A DNA stretch of 60,352 bases, the filler included. It is 7 parts of 7 records of this genome, joined end to end, with 100 filler letters (N's around TTAATTAATTAA, not from the genome) between each part and the next. Parts side by side here need not be neighbours in the genome. Positions count along the whole stretch, not along the records: positions 1 to 7,020 come from SRR31156797_36213; positions 7,121 to 17,051 come from SRR31156797_36218; 5 more parts are not named here. One strand, 5' to 3'. The translations under genes and the position numbers were made by a program. The stretch's first letter is position 1. Each line of letters opens with the position of its first letter. Shown here piece after piece: positions 1 through 8,676 of the stretch. The notes below the pieces were generated by a model. That model had not been told where the DNA came from, made no database searches, and saw only the letters and a program-made list of their open reading frames with translations.

Positions 1-30
1 GCCGGCGCAAGCCGTCTGAACGGCCTCTAA
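1..30. repeat. 30-bp direct repeat, left copy
   Basis: gccggcgcaagccgtctgaacggcctctaa at 1-30 is identical to 6991-7020. Confidence 0.95.
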
Positions 31-85
31 ATCGTCCCCGTTCCCGCCGCCGCCGACAGCATCGGCGGTGCCGCCCACGCGGCAA

Positions 86-850
86 CTATACCGTGACGTC
101 TTGATCGACGACCTTCACGAGCAGGACCCCGGTGATCTCCGATACCTCGCGCAGCCGGCTGATCATTTGGGAGGAAAGGACGGTCCCCGTGGCAAGCAAA
201 AGCTTGCCGTCCCTGCTAACCATGTCTTCGGCCAGAACGGCACCGTCCTGAAGGTCTTGAAGGAATTGACGCCCGGCGGCGGGATCCTCGTCGTCGGCGG
301 CAACGGCGATGTCATCGCTTGGCGTTTCGGATTGCTCTTCTAAATCCAGTCTGGGGGTTTCGACGGCGGCATATTCTTCGGCCGTCTTCAATGACCAGGG
401 GGTCTTGAACCCTTTGCGAATCCGGTCGACGAGCGTCGTCTTCGAGACCGGTTTCGTCACGAACGCGTTGACGTCCAGTTTCAACGCCGCCGCCAGCAAC
501 GGGCTGTCATGGAAGCCGGTCAGCATGACAATGGGAATATCGCGCCGGACGCCGGTCCGGCCAGCGCGGATCATGCGCAGAACATTGAAACCATTGATAT
601 GCGGCATGTTGAAATCGGTGATGATGCAATCCAACCGTGCCCGGCTTAGGTCGTAGGTGCCGGGGGCCGGCAGAGACCCGTCGTCCGGGAACTGTTCCTT
701 GAGAACCACCCCCAATTCGAACAGCGCCTTTTCGCCGTTGTCGGCCTCGACGAATTCGGCACCTTTGACCTTCTTCAGCGCATCAACCACAACACGGCGG
801 ATAAACCAGTGATCATCCGCGATGAGAAATCTGACTCGTGGAGCGTTCAT
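86..850 (-). CDS. Response regulator (REC) with a short C-terminal domain like those at HD-GYP N-termini (DUF3391-like)
   Basis: FLIADD, IITDFNMP, MLTG and FVTKP receiver motifs; C-terminus LQDGAVLAEDMVSRDGKLLLATGTVL. Confidence 0.85.
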   Translation of the reverse strand: MNAPRVRFLIADDHWFIRRVVVDALKKVKGAEFVEADNGEKALFELGVVLKEQFPDDGSLPAPGTYDLSRARLDCIITDFNMPHINGFNVLRMIRAGRTGVRRDIPIVMLTGFHDSPLLAAALKLDVNAFVTKPVSKTTLVDRIRKGFKTPWSLKTAEEYAAVETPRLDLEEQSETPSDDIAVAADDEDPAAGRQFLQDLQDGAVLAEDMVSRDGKLLLATGTVLSSQMISRLREVSEITGVLLVKVVDQDVTV

Positions 851-859
851 AACCGTCGA

Positions 860-3800
860 TCATCCATCTACCAATTGCCCGGCACGGTCCACAAACCATT
901 TCTCGATCTCCGCGAATTCGCTGCGGACAAGCTCCAGGGCATCGCCGATATCCGGCCAACTGCCGGACGCGGCCCGGTTCTGCAATTCGAAAAGCGCGTC
1001 TCCGAGGCGCACGGCTCCGGCCGAACGCGCGGCACCGTTGGCTGCGTGGCAGGCATCCCGCAACGCCATCGCATTCCGGTCCTCCATGGCCTTCTCGATA
1101 ATATCGCGATCATCGCAGGCCGCCTTCCGGAAAGCGTCCAGCAAGGAAAAGTCGAGCCCGCCATCCTCGCAACCCAGCAAGTCCATCAGCCAGTCGAAAT
1201 CGAACGGTCCGGCCGACTCGACCCCGAGCGACGAAGCCGCAGCGACGGTTGTCGGAGGATTCCGGTCGTCGCCATCGCTTGGATTTTTCGCGAGCCATTT
1301 TTTCAGGACGTGTTTCAAGCGCGGAATTTCCACCGGCTTCGCCACATAGTCGTTCATGCCGACCGCCAGGCACCGATCCGCTTCGCCGACGAGGGCATTG
1401 GCGGTGATCGCGACGATGGGAAGGTTCGGGCTTCCACCGTTGGCGTTTTCGGCAAGGCGAATTTCGCGGGTTAATTCGTAACCGTCCATTTCGGGCATGT
1501 GGCAGTCCGTCAGCAACAGACCGTAGTCCCGCCCGGCTTGCCACATGTCCAGCGCCTGACGGCCGTTTTCGGCCATTTCGCAGGCATATCCCAGGCGGTT
1601 CAACTGGCGCCGGATGACATCCCTGTTAATGGCATGGTCTTCGGCAACAAGGATCAACCGACCCTCGGCACTGGCCTCGTCCACAGATGGCGGCGTCACC
1701 GAATTCTGGGCGTCGTTCAAATCGGCATCGAGTTCGGCGAGAGAGTTCAGGATGGGACTGATCCGGCCCACCGCAACGGCGCATCCTTGGATGAACTCGG
1801 ACGGTTTCAGCGGATGACACCCGACGACCACCCGATTGGGATGAATCATTCCTTTCGGTTCCGACGGATTACCGGCAAGTTTGACGATCCGAAACCGTTC
1901 GGCGCTTTCGGCACCGTAAATCCTGTCGATTTCCTCCATCACATCGTCCCAGGGAAGTTCGGGGCCGACGACCAGCGCGTCGAAACTGCCGGCGGCATTG
2001 CCGAAAGGCGCATCGGAAAGATCGCCCAATTCGGCGATCGCCTTCCCCGTTGCGCCCCTGCCGGACAGCGCCCGCGACACGATTTCCTGAAGACCGGCGG
2101 TCTTCGGAAACAACAGGCAGAATCGAAGACCTTTCAGATCGATGGCATGGCCTTCCCGGTTCCCTCTTGCCTGGGCGGGATGGGAAGGAAGACGGACAGT
2201 GAACTGACTGCCGACTCCGGGAATGCTGTTCACGTCGATCCTGCCGCCCATCCTGTCGGCAAGATGATGGCAGATGGCCAAACCGAGACCGGTTCCGCCG
2301 AATTCCCGGGTAGTCGATGAATCGGCCTGGGTAAAGGGACGGAACAGATTGGCGAGCTGAGCGTCGTCCATCCCGATTCCGTTATCCTCGATGGTGATGT
2401 TCAACCACGGCGAACCGTCGGCGTTGTCTTCAAAGAGGGTCGAAATCTTGACCTGTCCCTTGCGCGTCAACTTCGACGAGAATTTGATGGCATTGCTTGT
2501 CAGGTTCAGGACGATCTGCCGCAAACGGGTTGGATCGCCGTAAATCCTTTCGGGACCGTCCGTCACCGCATCGAGCAGGATCTCGACGCCGTTCTTTTCC
2601 GCCTGAAGCCACATCATGTCGCCAACCGATTCGATGACCTCGACGACGGAGATCGGAATATTCTCGAGTTGAAGCTGCCCGGCCTCGATTTTCGAAAGAT
2701 CCAGAATATCGTTGATGATCGAGAGCAACGAGAAACCGGAATTGCGAATCGTCAACGCCATGCTTTTCTGTTCGGCATTGAGCCGGCTTTCCCGCAACAA
2801 GTCGATCATGCCGATGATCCCGTTCATCGGGGTGCGGATTTCGTGGCTCATGGTTGCCAGGAACCGGCTCTTCTCCTCGTTGGCGCGGTTCGCTTCCTCG
2901 GTGGCCAGCTTCAACTGGTCCTGCACCTCGACGATTTCCGTGATGTCAAAATGCATGACGACGCAACGGGTCCCGGGAACACCGTCGACGCCCCGGCAGA
3001 ATTTCTTGAACCATCGCCGCTGCCCCTGCGGGAATTGGCAGGAATAGACATGCTCCCACGAAGCCCGTTCCCCGTTCAGGACATCGGTCAGCGGCCGCAG
3101 GGTTGCATCACTGTCTTGGTCGGTCTGCTTCAAACATCTACGCAGGACGTCGCCATAGATTTCCCCCACCCACGCCTTCCTCGAAGGTCCGCCATACTCC
3201 TCGGCAAATCTGTCCCAGGTTTCGTTGACCTCGTGGATTCGGCCGTCTTCGTCGAGAAGCGCGATGCTCGCGGCGCTGGTGTCGAGGACGCTTTTGAGGG
3301 TCAGTTCACGCCGTTTGATCACTTGTTCCTTGGCTAACCTGTCCGAAATGTCGCGTACGAAGGCGACGAAACGGGGGTCGGCTTTGTCCTCGTCGATATA
3401 TTGCAGGGAAATTTCAACCGGAATTTCCGTTCCGTTCTTATGGCGATGTTTCGTCTGAAAGGTCGCCGTCCTATTCTTGCCGGCCAGGATCGACAGGATC
3501 TTGGCCCGAAAGGTCTCATCCGTGAATTCGGGTTTGATGTCGACCGGGGTCATGTTCATCAATTCATCGACATCGTAGCCGATCTGCCGAATGGCGCCCT
3601 GATTGGCGTATATGAACTTCAGGCTATTCGGTTCGAACATGAAGATGCAATCGACCGCGTTGTCGACGGCGGCCTTGAACTGCATGATCTTGGCCTCCGC
3701 CTCGATCCGCTCGCTGATGTCGCGAAGAACCCCGACATACTTTCTCGTATTGCCGATCATCATCGGACTGACATTAAGTTCGATCGGCACTTCCTGGCCG

Positions 3801-5224
3801 GATTTATGAAGGCCGTACAGAGTGCGGTTGCCGGCGATCCGTTGTGCCGTCGCGATGGTCGACGATGAAACCAGCCGTCGGTGAAGGTGGCGTTCTTTTT
3901 CCGGAAGGATCATTTCCAGCTGTCGGTTTTGTACTTCGTCGGTTTGGTAGCCGAAGATCCGGGCGGCGGCTTCGTTGATCGACTCGATGGTACTGTCGAC
4001 CCCGATGACGATGATTCCGTCGCCCGAGCTTTCCATGATCGCCCGCAGGTATTTTTCCCGTTCTTCGACTCTCCGCCGGTTCGCATCGGTAACGAACAGA
4101 TAGAACAAGACAACCAGAACGGCCACACCGGCCACCGACCATATGACCGACCGGATCTGTCCGGCTTGGTCGAAGGCCTCTTCGTAGGCCATTTCGGTCG
4201 TTATGCCGAAGTTGAAATCGTCCAGCCATTGCCAGACCCCGACCACCGGCACTCCCTGGTAGTCGCGATAGCCGGACAAGTCGATCCCGTTTTCGCCCCG
4301 GGTCGCGCTTGCCGCCATGCGGGTAAGGGGAAAGGGAGCCTCGGGGTTGGGCACAATACCATTTTTCGTCAGATCGAACCCCGGATCGCGGACAAAAAGG
4401 GCGGAACTCTCGCCATGTTCGGCTTCGGGAACCCCGAATTGCTTCAGCATCACGTCGTGAAGCGGCTCCGAAAGGACCTTTCCCCGGGCGTCGAAAGCGT
4501 AGGTTTCCCCTGTCGATCCAATCTGTCCGGCGCGCAGGATATCGGAGAACTCATGGGTTACGGCGATACGCGTGGTCAGATATCCGGTCACCTCGCCGGT
4601 CGCGTTGGTGATCGGCATTCCGACGAACATGGTCGGCAGGCCCATTTCCAGCTGCCCGTTGCGGTTGGGCAGCGGGACATCGGAATGCAGGACGTGCGAC
4701 AATGCGGGCATTCCGGAATCGAGCCGGTCGAAAAACCAGTCCTGGTGGGCGATCGGATTGGGGATCCCGATGTTTTCGTCGCGTAGCGAGGCAATGCTGA
4801 CCCGGTTGCGGTTGATCAGGAAGTAACCCAGATACCCCGACCGAATGATTTCCTGTGCAAGGGCGGTCCTCACCACCTTCTGGACGGGTGAGGTCGTAAG
4901 GGCCTCGCGCGACGCATCGAGCCCGTTCAACGCTTCCAGATACCCTGACAGGTCGTTCCGCTTGATCAGGGATTCGATGTTTTGAAACCGGTTGTCAGCC
5001 CAATATCTCAATGAATCGACGGTCAGTTGCAGGCGTCCGGAAAGGACTTCGGTAAGTGCCGTCTTCTGCTGCTCCACGACCAATTTTTGAAGCCCCAGGG
5101 ACAGCAGGCCGATGATTGCGGTCGCGACAAATCCGGACAGCAGGGATTTGCGGTTCGGCAACAGGTTCCGGATTGCGGACAGTGCGGATTCTGTTCGTGC
5201 CATCATGGGAGTTCCTTGGTTCAA
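860..5224 (-). CDS. Membrane hybrid histidine kinase: periplasmic Cache-like sensor, 3 PAS, HisKA, HATPase, degenerate REC, REC, Hpt
   Basis: Two TM segments; [12 protein letters not shown]-box; NLTSNAIKF; DNGIG; GGTGLGL; LLTDCHMP; Hpt CHAANGAARSAGA. Confidence 0.93.
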   Translation of the reverse strand: MNQGTPMMARTESALSAIRNLLPNRKSLLSGFVATAIIGLLSLGLQKLVVEQQKTALTEVLSGRLQLTVDSLRYWADNRFQNIESLIKRNDLSGYLEALNGLDASREALTTSPVQKVVRTALAQEIIRSGYLGYFLINRNRVSIASLRDENIGIPNPIAHQDWFFDRLDSGMPALSHVLHSDVPLPNRNGQLEMGLPTMFVGMPITNATGEVTGYLTTRIAVTHEFSDILRAGQIGSTGETYAFDARGKVLSEPLHDVMLKQFGVPEAEHGESSALFVRDPGFDLTKNGIVPNPEAPFPLTRMAASATRGENGIDLSGYRDYQGVPVVGVWQWLDDFNFGITTEMAYEEAFDQAGQIRSVIWSVAGVAVLVVLFYLFVTDANRRRVEEREKYLRAIMESSGDGIIVIGVDSTIESINEAAARIFGYQTDEVQNRQLEMILPEKERHLHRRLVSSSTIATAQRIAGNRTLYGLHKSGQEVPIELNVSPMMIGNTRKYVGVLRDISERIEAEAKIMQFKAAVDNAVDCIFMFEPNSLKFIYANQGAIRQIGYDVDELMNMTPVDIKPEFTDETFRAKILSILAGKNRTATFQTKHRHKNGTEIPVEISLQYIDEDKADPRFVAFVRDISDRLAKEQVIKRRELTLKSVLDTSAASIALLDEDGRIHEVNETWDRFAEEYGGPSRKAWVGEIYGDVLRRCLKQTDQDSDATLRPLTDVLNGERASWEHVYSCQFPQGQRRWFKKFCRGVDGVPGTRCVVMHFDITEIVEVQDQLKLATEEANRANEEKSRFLATMSHEIRTPMNGIIGMIDLLRESRLNAEQKSMALTIRNSGFSLLSIINDILDLSKIEAGQLQLENIPISVVEVIESVGDMMWLQAEKNGVEILLDAVTDGPERIYGDPTRLRQIVLNLTSNAIKFSSKLTRKGQVKISTLFEDNADGSPWLNITIEDNGIGMDDAQLANLFRPFTQADSSTTREFGGTGLGLAICHHLADRMGGRIDVNSIPGVGSQFTVRLPSHPAQARGNREGHAIDLKGLRFCLLFPKTAGLQEIVSRALSGRGATGKAIAELGDLSDAPFGNAAGSFDALVVGPELPWDDVMEEIDRIYGAESAERFRIVKLAGNPSEPKGMIHPNRVVVGCHPLKPSEFIQGCAVAVGRISPILNSLAELDADLNDAQNSVTPPSVDEASAEGRLILVAEDHAINRDVIRRQLNRLGYACEMAENGRQALDMWQAGRDYGLLLTDCHMPEMDGYELTREIRLAENANGGSPNLPIVAITANALVGEADRCLAVGMNDYVAKPVEIPRLKHVLKKWLAKNPSDGDDRNPPTTVAAASSLGVESAGPFDFDWLMDLLGCEDGGLDFSLLDAFRKAACDDRDIIEKAMEDRNAMALRDACHAANGAARSAGAVRLGDALFELQNRAASGSWPDIGDALELVRSEFAEIEKWFVDRAGQLVDG

Positions 5225-5230
5225 CGGGAT

Positions 5231-6433
5231 TTAAGGGCGATATCCGGCAAGCCATGCCGCCACCGAATCGGCCGGCATCGGTTTGGAAATCAGGAACCCC
5301 TGGGCAAGGTCGCATCCCAATTCGGCGATCAACTTCAGATGGGCTTGTGTCTCCACCCCCTCGGCCACCGTCGTAAGATTCAAGCTTGATGCCAATCCCA
5401 GGCTGCTTTCGAGGATCGAACGGGACCGCGCGTCATCGACGGCATCGAGAACGAAGCTCTTGTCGACCTTCAATTCGTGGAAGGGAAGACCCTTGAGTTG
5501 CTCCAGGGAGGAAAAGCCCGTGCCGAAATCGTCGATCGACAGCCTGAACTTCTTCAGCCGCATGCGAACCATGATGTCGAGCAGGATATCGCCGTCCCCG
5601 GCCAATGCCGATTCGGTGAGTTCCAGCACGATTTTTTCCGGATCGACACGGCATCGAGCGCAAAGTTCGGCCAGTCGGTCGGGATAAGCCAAATCGTTCA
5701 GCACCTTGGCCGACAGATTGATCGAAACGGACGGGGCATGATCGGCATCCTGCCAGGCGGCGCACCGCTTGACGCTTTGCTCGATCACCAGTTCGGTCAA
5801 ATCCCCGATATGTCCGCTTTGTTCGGCCGGGCCGATGAAACTGTCCGGCCCGACCACGCCGTGAACCGGGTGGCGCATCCGAAGCAGGGCTTCGAAACCG
5901 TGCAGCCGCCCCGAGATCGTTTGGATTTGCGGTTGGAACCAGACTTCGAAGTGCCCGGCTTCCAGGCCTTCGCCAATTTCAGCCGGAGTCATTGTCAACC
6001 CCTTCCGCCGTGCCGGTGCATCCGTGTGCGGGAGCCGGACCTTCTCCAGAATTCTTTTCAGGATATTGGCCGAAAGCGGCTTTTCGACGACGCCGACGAT
6101 GTTGAGATTACGGCTTTCCCCGAGCTTTTTGGCGGCCGAAAGCACCATGGAATCGACGCCGCTCATCAGAATGATCGCGGCTTGGATGCCCTGGTCGGCC
6201 AACCAGCGCAGAAACACCAGGCCGTCTTCTTCCGGCATATTGAGGTCGCAAAGAATCAAATCGGCGGAACCGGGGGCCGAGACCAGGAGTTCCCGGGCCT
6301 CGCGGCCGTTCCCGGCAATCGCGATGTTTCCCACACCCAACCGGCGAAGCAAAAACGAGGCGGTCTCTCTGACAAACGGATGATCGTCGACGACCAATGC
6401 ATCGACATTTTTTTCTTCAGCGGCAAGCATCAT
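5231..6433 (-). CDS. REC-EAL response regulator / c-di-GMP phosphodiesterase
   Basis: VVDDH and LCDLNMP receiver; FEALLR, SIDDFGTGFSS, EGVET motifs intact. Start taken at ATG 6433; ORF track extends to 6553. Confidence 0.9.
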   Translation of the reverse strand: MMLAAEEKNVDALVVDDHPFVRETASFLLRRLGVGNIAIAGNGREARELLVSAPGSADLILCDLNMPEEDGLVFLRWLADQGIQAAIILMSGVDSMVLSAAKKLGESRNLNIVGVVEKPLSANILKRILEKVRLPHTDAPARRKGLTMTPAEIGEGLEAGHFEVWFQPQIQTISGRLHGFEALLRMRHPVHGVVGPDSFIGPAEQSGHIGDLTELVIEQSVKRCAAWQDADHAPSVSINLSAKVLNDLAYPDRLAELCARCRVDPEKIVLELTESALAGDGDILLDIMVRMRLKKFRLSIDDFGTGFSSLEQLKGLPFHELKVDKSFVLDAVDDARSRSILESSLGLASSLNLTTVAEGVETQAHLKLIAELGCDLAQGFLISKPMPADSVAAWLAGYRP

Positions 6434-6658
6434 GGGAGCAACTCTTTCTTTCGCCAATAGTTGAATGCCCGACAAAACGGTGTTTTTTGTGCCCTGACCC
6501 GATTTCTGGTTGTCTTGAACAATGATGGACGGCCGTTGATCGCGAATTATCAAATATCAGGACAATCGCGTACCGGGCGCCGACCGGTCATGGTGCTCTG
6601 CAATGCATCGGAACCGCGTATCGCCGTTCGGCAACCGCGGTTTCTCAGAACCCGGTGT

Positions 6659-6674
6659 TGCAAATCGGATGCCA
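6659..6674 (-). promoter_or_regulatory. Sigma-54 (-24/-12) promoter
   Basis: Minus strand TGGCATCCGATTTGCA has GG-N10-GC spacing and lies upstream of, and co-oriented with, the three-gene operon. Confidence 0.65.
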
Positions 6675-6990
6675 GCTGAAAATTATTCTTATTCTCGCTT
6701 CGGCTGACGGATAACTGTCGGACGATCCGGCGCATGACACGAGGTTACCGGATGCGCCCGGTATGGTGGAATTGCGCCGAATAGGCAGGGACCGACCCAC
6801 CGATTGCCAACCGCCATGCACGGAGCAAAGCCCGTGAAGTCAAGAATCCGAACGCCACCGGCCGCGACAATTCGGACAATCGTTCGATTGCGATGACGGC
6901 ATCTGGAACGCGAATTCGCAACGCGAAATGCACCGTGCTTTGCAAAATAGGACAATCCATCGATGCCCGAAGAGGCCAAGGAACGGCCGG

Positions 6991-7020
6991 GCCGGCGCAA
7001 GCCGTCTGAACGGCCTCTAA
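6991..7020. repeat. 30-bp direct repeat, right copy (contig end)
   Basis: Identical to 1-30. Confidence 0.95.
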
Positions 7021-7120
7021 NNNNNNNNNNNNNNNNNNNNNNNNNNNNNNNNNNNNNNNNNNNNTTAATTAATTAANNNNNNNNNNNNNNNNNNNNNNNN
7101 NNNNNNNNNNNNNNNNNNNN
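7021..7120. other. Artificial contig linker
   Basis: N-run + TTAATTAATTAA (stops in all six frames) + N-run. Confidence 0.99.
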
Positions 7121-7580
7121 TCGGAATATTTACTTGCGTTGGCCCTGGGTCGGAACCGGGTGGTTCTTGTCTGAGTTGTAATAATCTGTATATTTTTTCC
7201 TTTTTAACTGGCAGATGTCATCCCTATGGAAAGTCTCATGAATACTTTTGACGTCATCTGTAAAATATATCCATGAAAACAGTTTTGAATAGGATGGTAC
7301 GAGTTGAGTTTTGACTGCAAATACAGGAACCAGGGAAAGATTCGTTCAAGCATTCAAAGGGGTAAACCCGGCCCATTTTTTCTTAAAAGTTAACCAGGTT
7401 AATTAAAGAAAAAATCCCTTGTTTTCTCTCTGGTTCTTTAATAATGTTTAATTAATAAATTTGTTTATCAAGGACTAACAGATCATTCTCCTTCAAAGGG
7501 GCTTTTGTTATTTATTTCAACAACGCTCTTGGTGGACATCAATATAGAGTCTTTATGAAAAAAATCGCACTGGAGGCCAT

Positions 7581-7730
7581 ATGTCAAGTTCTACATCTTG
7601 TGAAGTGATTCATGCTTTAAATTCAACTCCTGGAACCAAACAACTTGTATTTGCTTTGGACAACTTAACTGATTGGGAAACAGTGGCAGATGCTACACCG
7701 AAAGGTCCTTCAGCTCATCTTTATTTGTGA
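7581..7730 (+). pseudogene. 49-aa ORF resembling a truncated DUF4347 N-terminus (or a small peptide gene)
   Basis: GGAGG at 7572-7576, ATG 7581, TGA 7728-7730; MSSSTSCEVIHALNSTPGTKQLVFALDNLTDWETVADATPKGPSAHLYL. Confidence 0.4.
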
Positions 7731-7816
7731 GCGATGCAGCTTTTGTATGAAACATCAGGCCAGTTAATATCAGCCTGATAACAGGCGCCATCATTACAAA
7801 TTGAGGTAGAACGGCT

Positions 7817-8665
7817 ATGTCAAAGCAATCATCACCAAAATTCCACTTTATTTCCGGTCTTCCCCGCTCCGGCTCCACACTGCTTGCTGCGCTCCTGCGC
7901 CAGAATCCACGTTATCACGCCTCCATGACCAGCGGATTAGGTGCCCTGGTCCATGGCACCATGCAGATCATGAGCCCAGGCTCTGAAGTCGCCCTGACTT
8001 TAGAGGATGGACAACGGGAGGCAGTTTTAAAAGGCCTGTTCCATTCTTTTTATCAAAATACCGATCAAGAAATTGTTTTTGATACCAATCGTGGTTGGAC
8101 CTCCCGCATGCCGCTGTTAGAAGCCCTTTATCCCGACTCAAAGGTGATTGCCTGTGTCCGTGATCTGCCTTGGGTGGTTGACAGTCTGGAATGCCGTGCC
8201 AGAGAGAACCCTTATCATTTCACCCGCTTATTCGGGCAGGGACAAGGTACGGTTTACAGTCGTGCTGAAGCCATGATGCAGCACGATGGCATTATCGGAC
8301 GCGCCTATACCGGTTTAAAAGAAGCCTTTTATGGGGAACAAGCCGGCAATTTATTAATTATCGAATACGAACTGCTCGCCAAATTGCCGGACAGGGTCAT
8401 GCCCTTAATATATAAGTTTATTGGGGAACCTTATTTTCAACACGACTTTGAAAATGTTGAATTTGATGCCCCTGAATTTGACGACGCTTTAGGTGCAAGC
8501 GGCCTGCATAAAGTGAGGCCAAAGGTTGAATTACAATCCCGCCGCACCATTTTACCGCCTGATTTATTTAAAAAGTTTCAAGGGATGAACTTTTGGCAAG
8601 ACCTTAATGCCAGCCAGGCCAATGTCATAACCGCACAAAATAAAGAACACCAGGACGCTAAATAG
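7817..8665 (+). CDS. PAPS-dependent sulfotransferase, RaxST-like
   Basis: 5'-PSB loop HFISGLPRSGSTLLAALLRQNP; VFDTNRGW; CVRD..W.VDS.E; GLKEAFYG; LHKVR; LPPDLF. Confidence 0.88.
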   Translation: MSKQSSPKFHFISGLPRSGSTLLAALLRQNPRYHASMTSGLGALVHGTMQIMSPGSEVALTLEDGQREAVLKGLFHSFYQNTDQEIVFDTNRGWTSRMPLLEALYPDSKVIACVRDLPWVVDSLECRARENPYHFTRLFGQGQGTVYSRAEAMMQHDGIIGRAYTGLKEAFYGEQAGNLLIIEYELLAKLPDRVMPLIYKFIGEPYFQHDFENVEFDAPEFDDALGASGLHKVRPKVELQSRRTILPPDLFKKFQGMNFWQDLNASQANVITAQNKEHQDAK

Positions 8666-8676
8666 AGGAGGTGAGC

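Noticed and set aside
11-20. GCCGTCTGAA, the Neisseria DNA uptake sequence, inside the terminal repeat
   Set aside because: Noticed only within the repeat, and the genes do not look neisserial; most likely chance
809-6460. Many + strand ORFs of 200-330 aa in contig 1
   Set aside because: Antisense shadows of the signalling genes
7065-7076. Recurring TTAATTAATTAA as a biological repeat or CRISPR-like unit
   Set aside because: Always flanked by N-runs; artificial six-frame-stop linker
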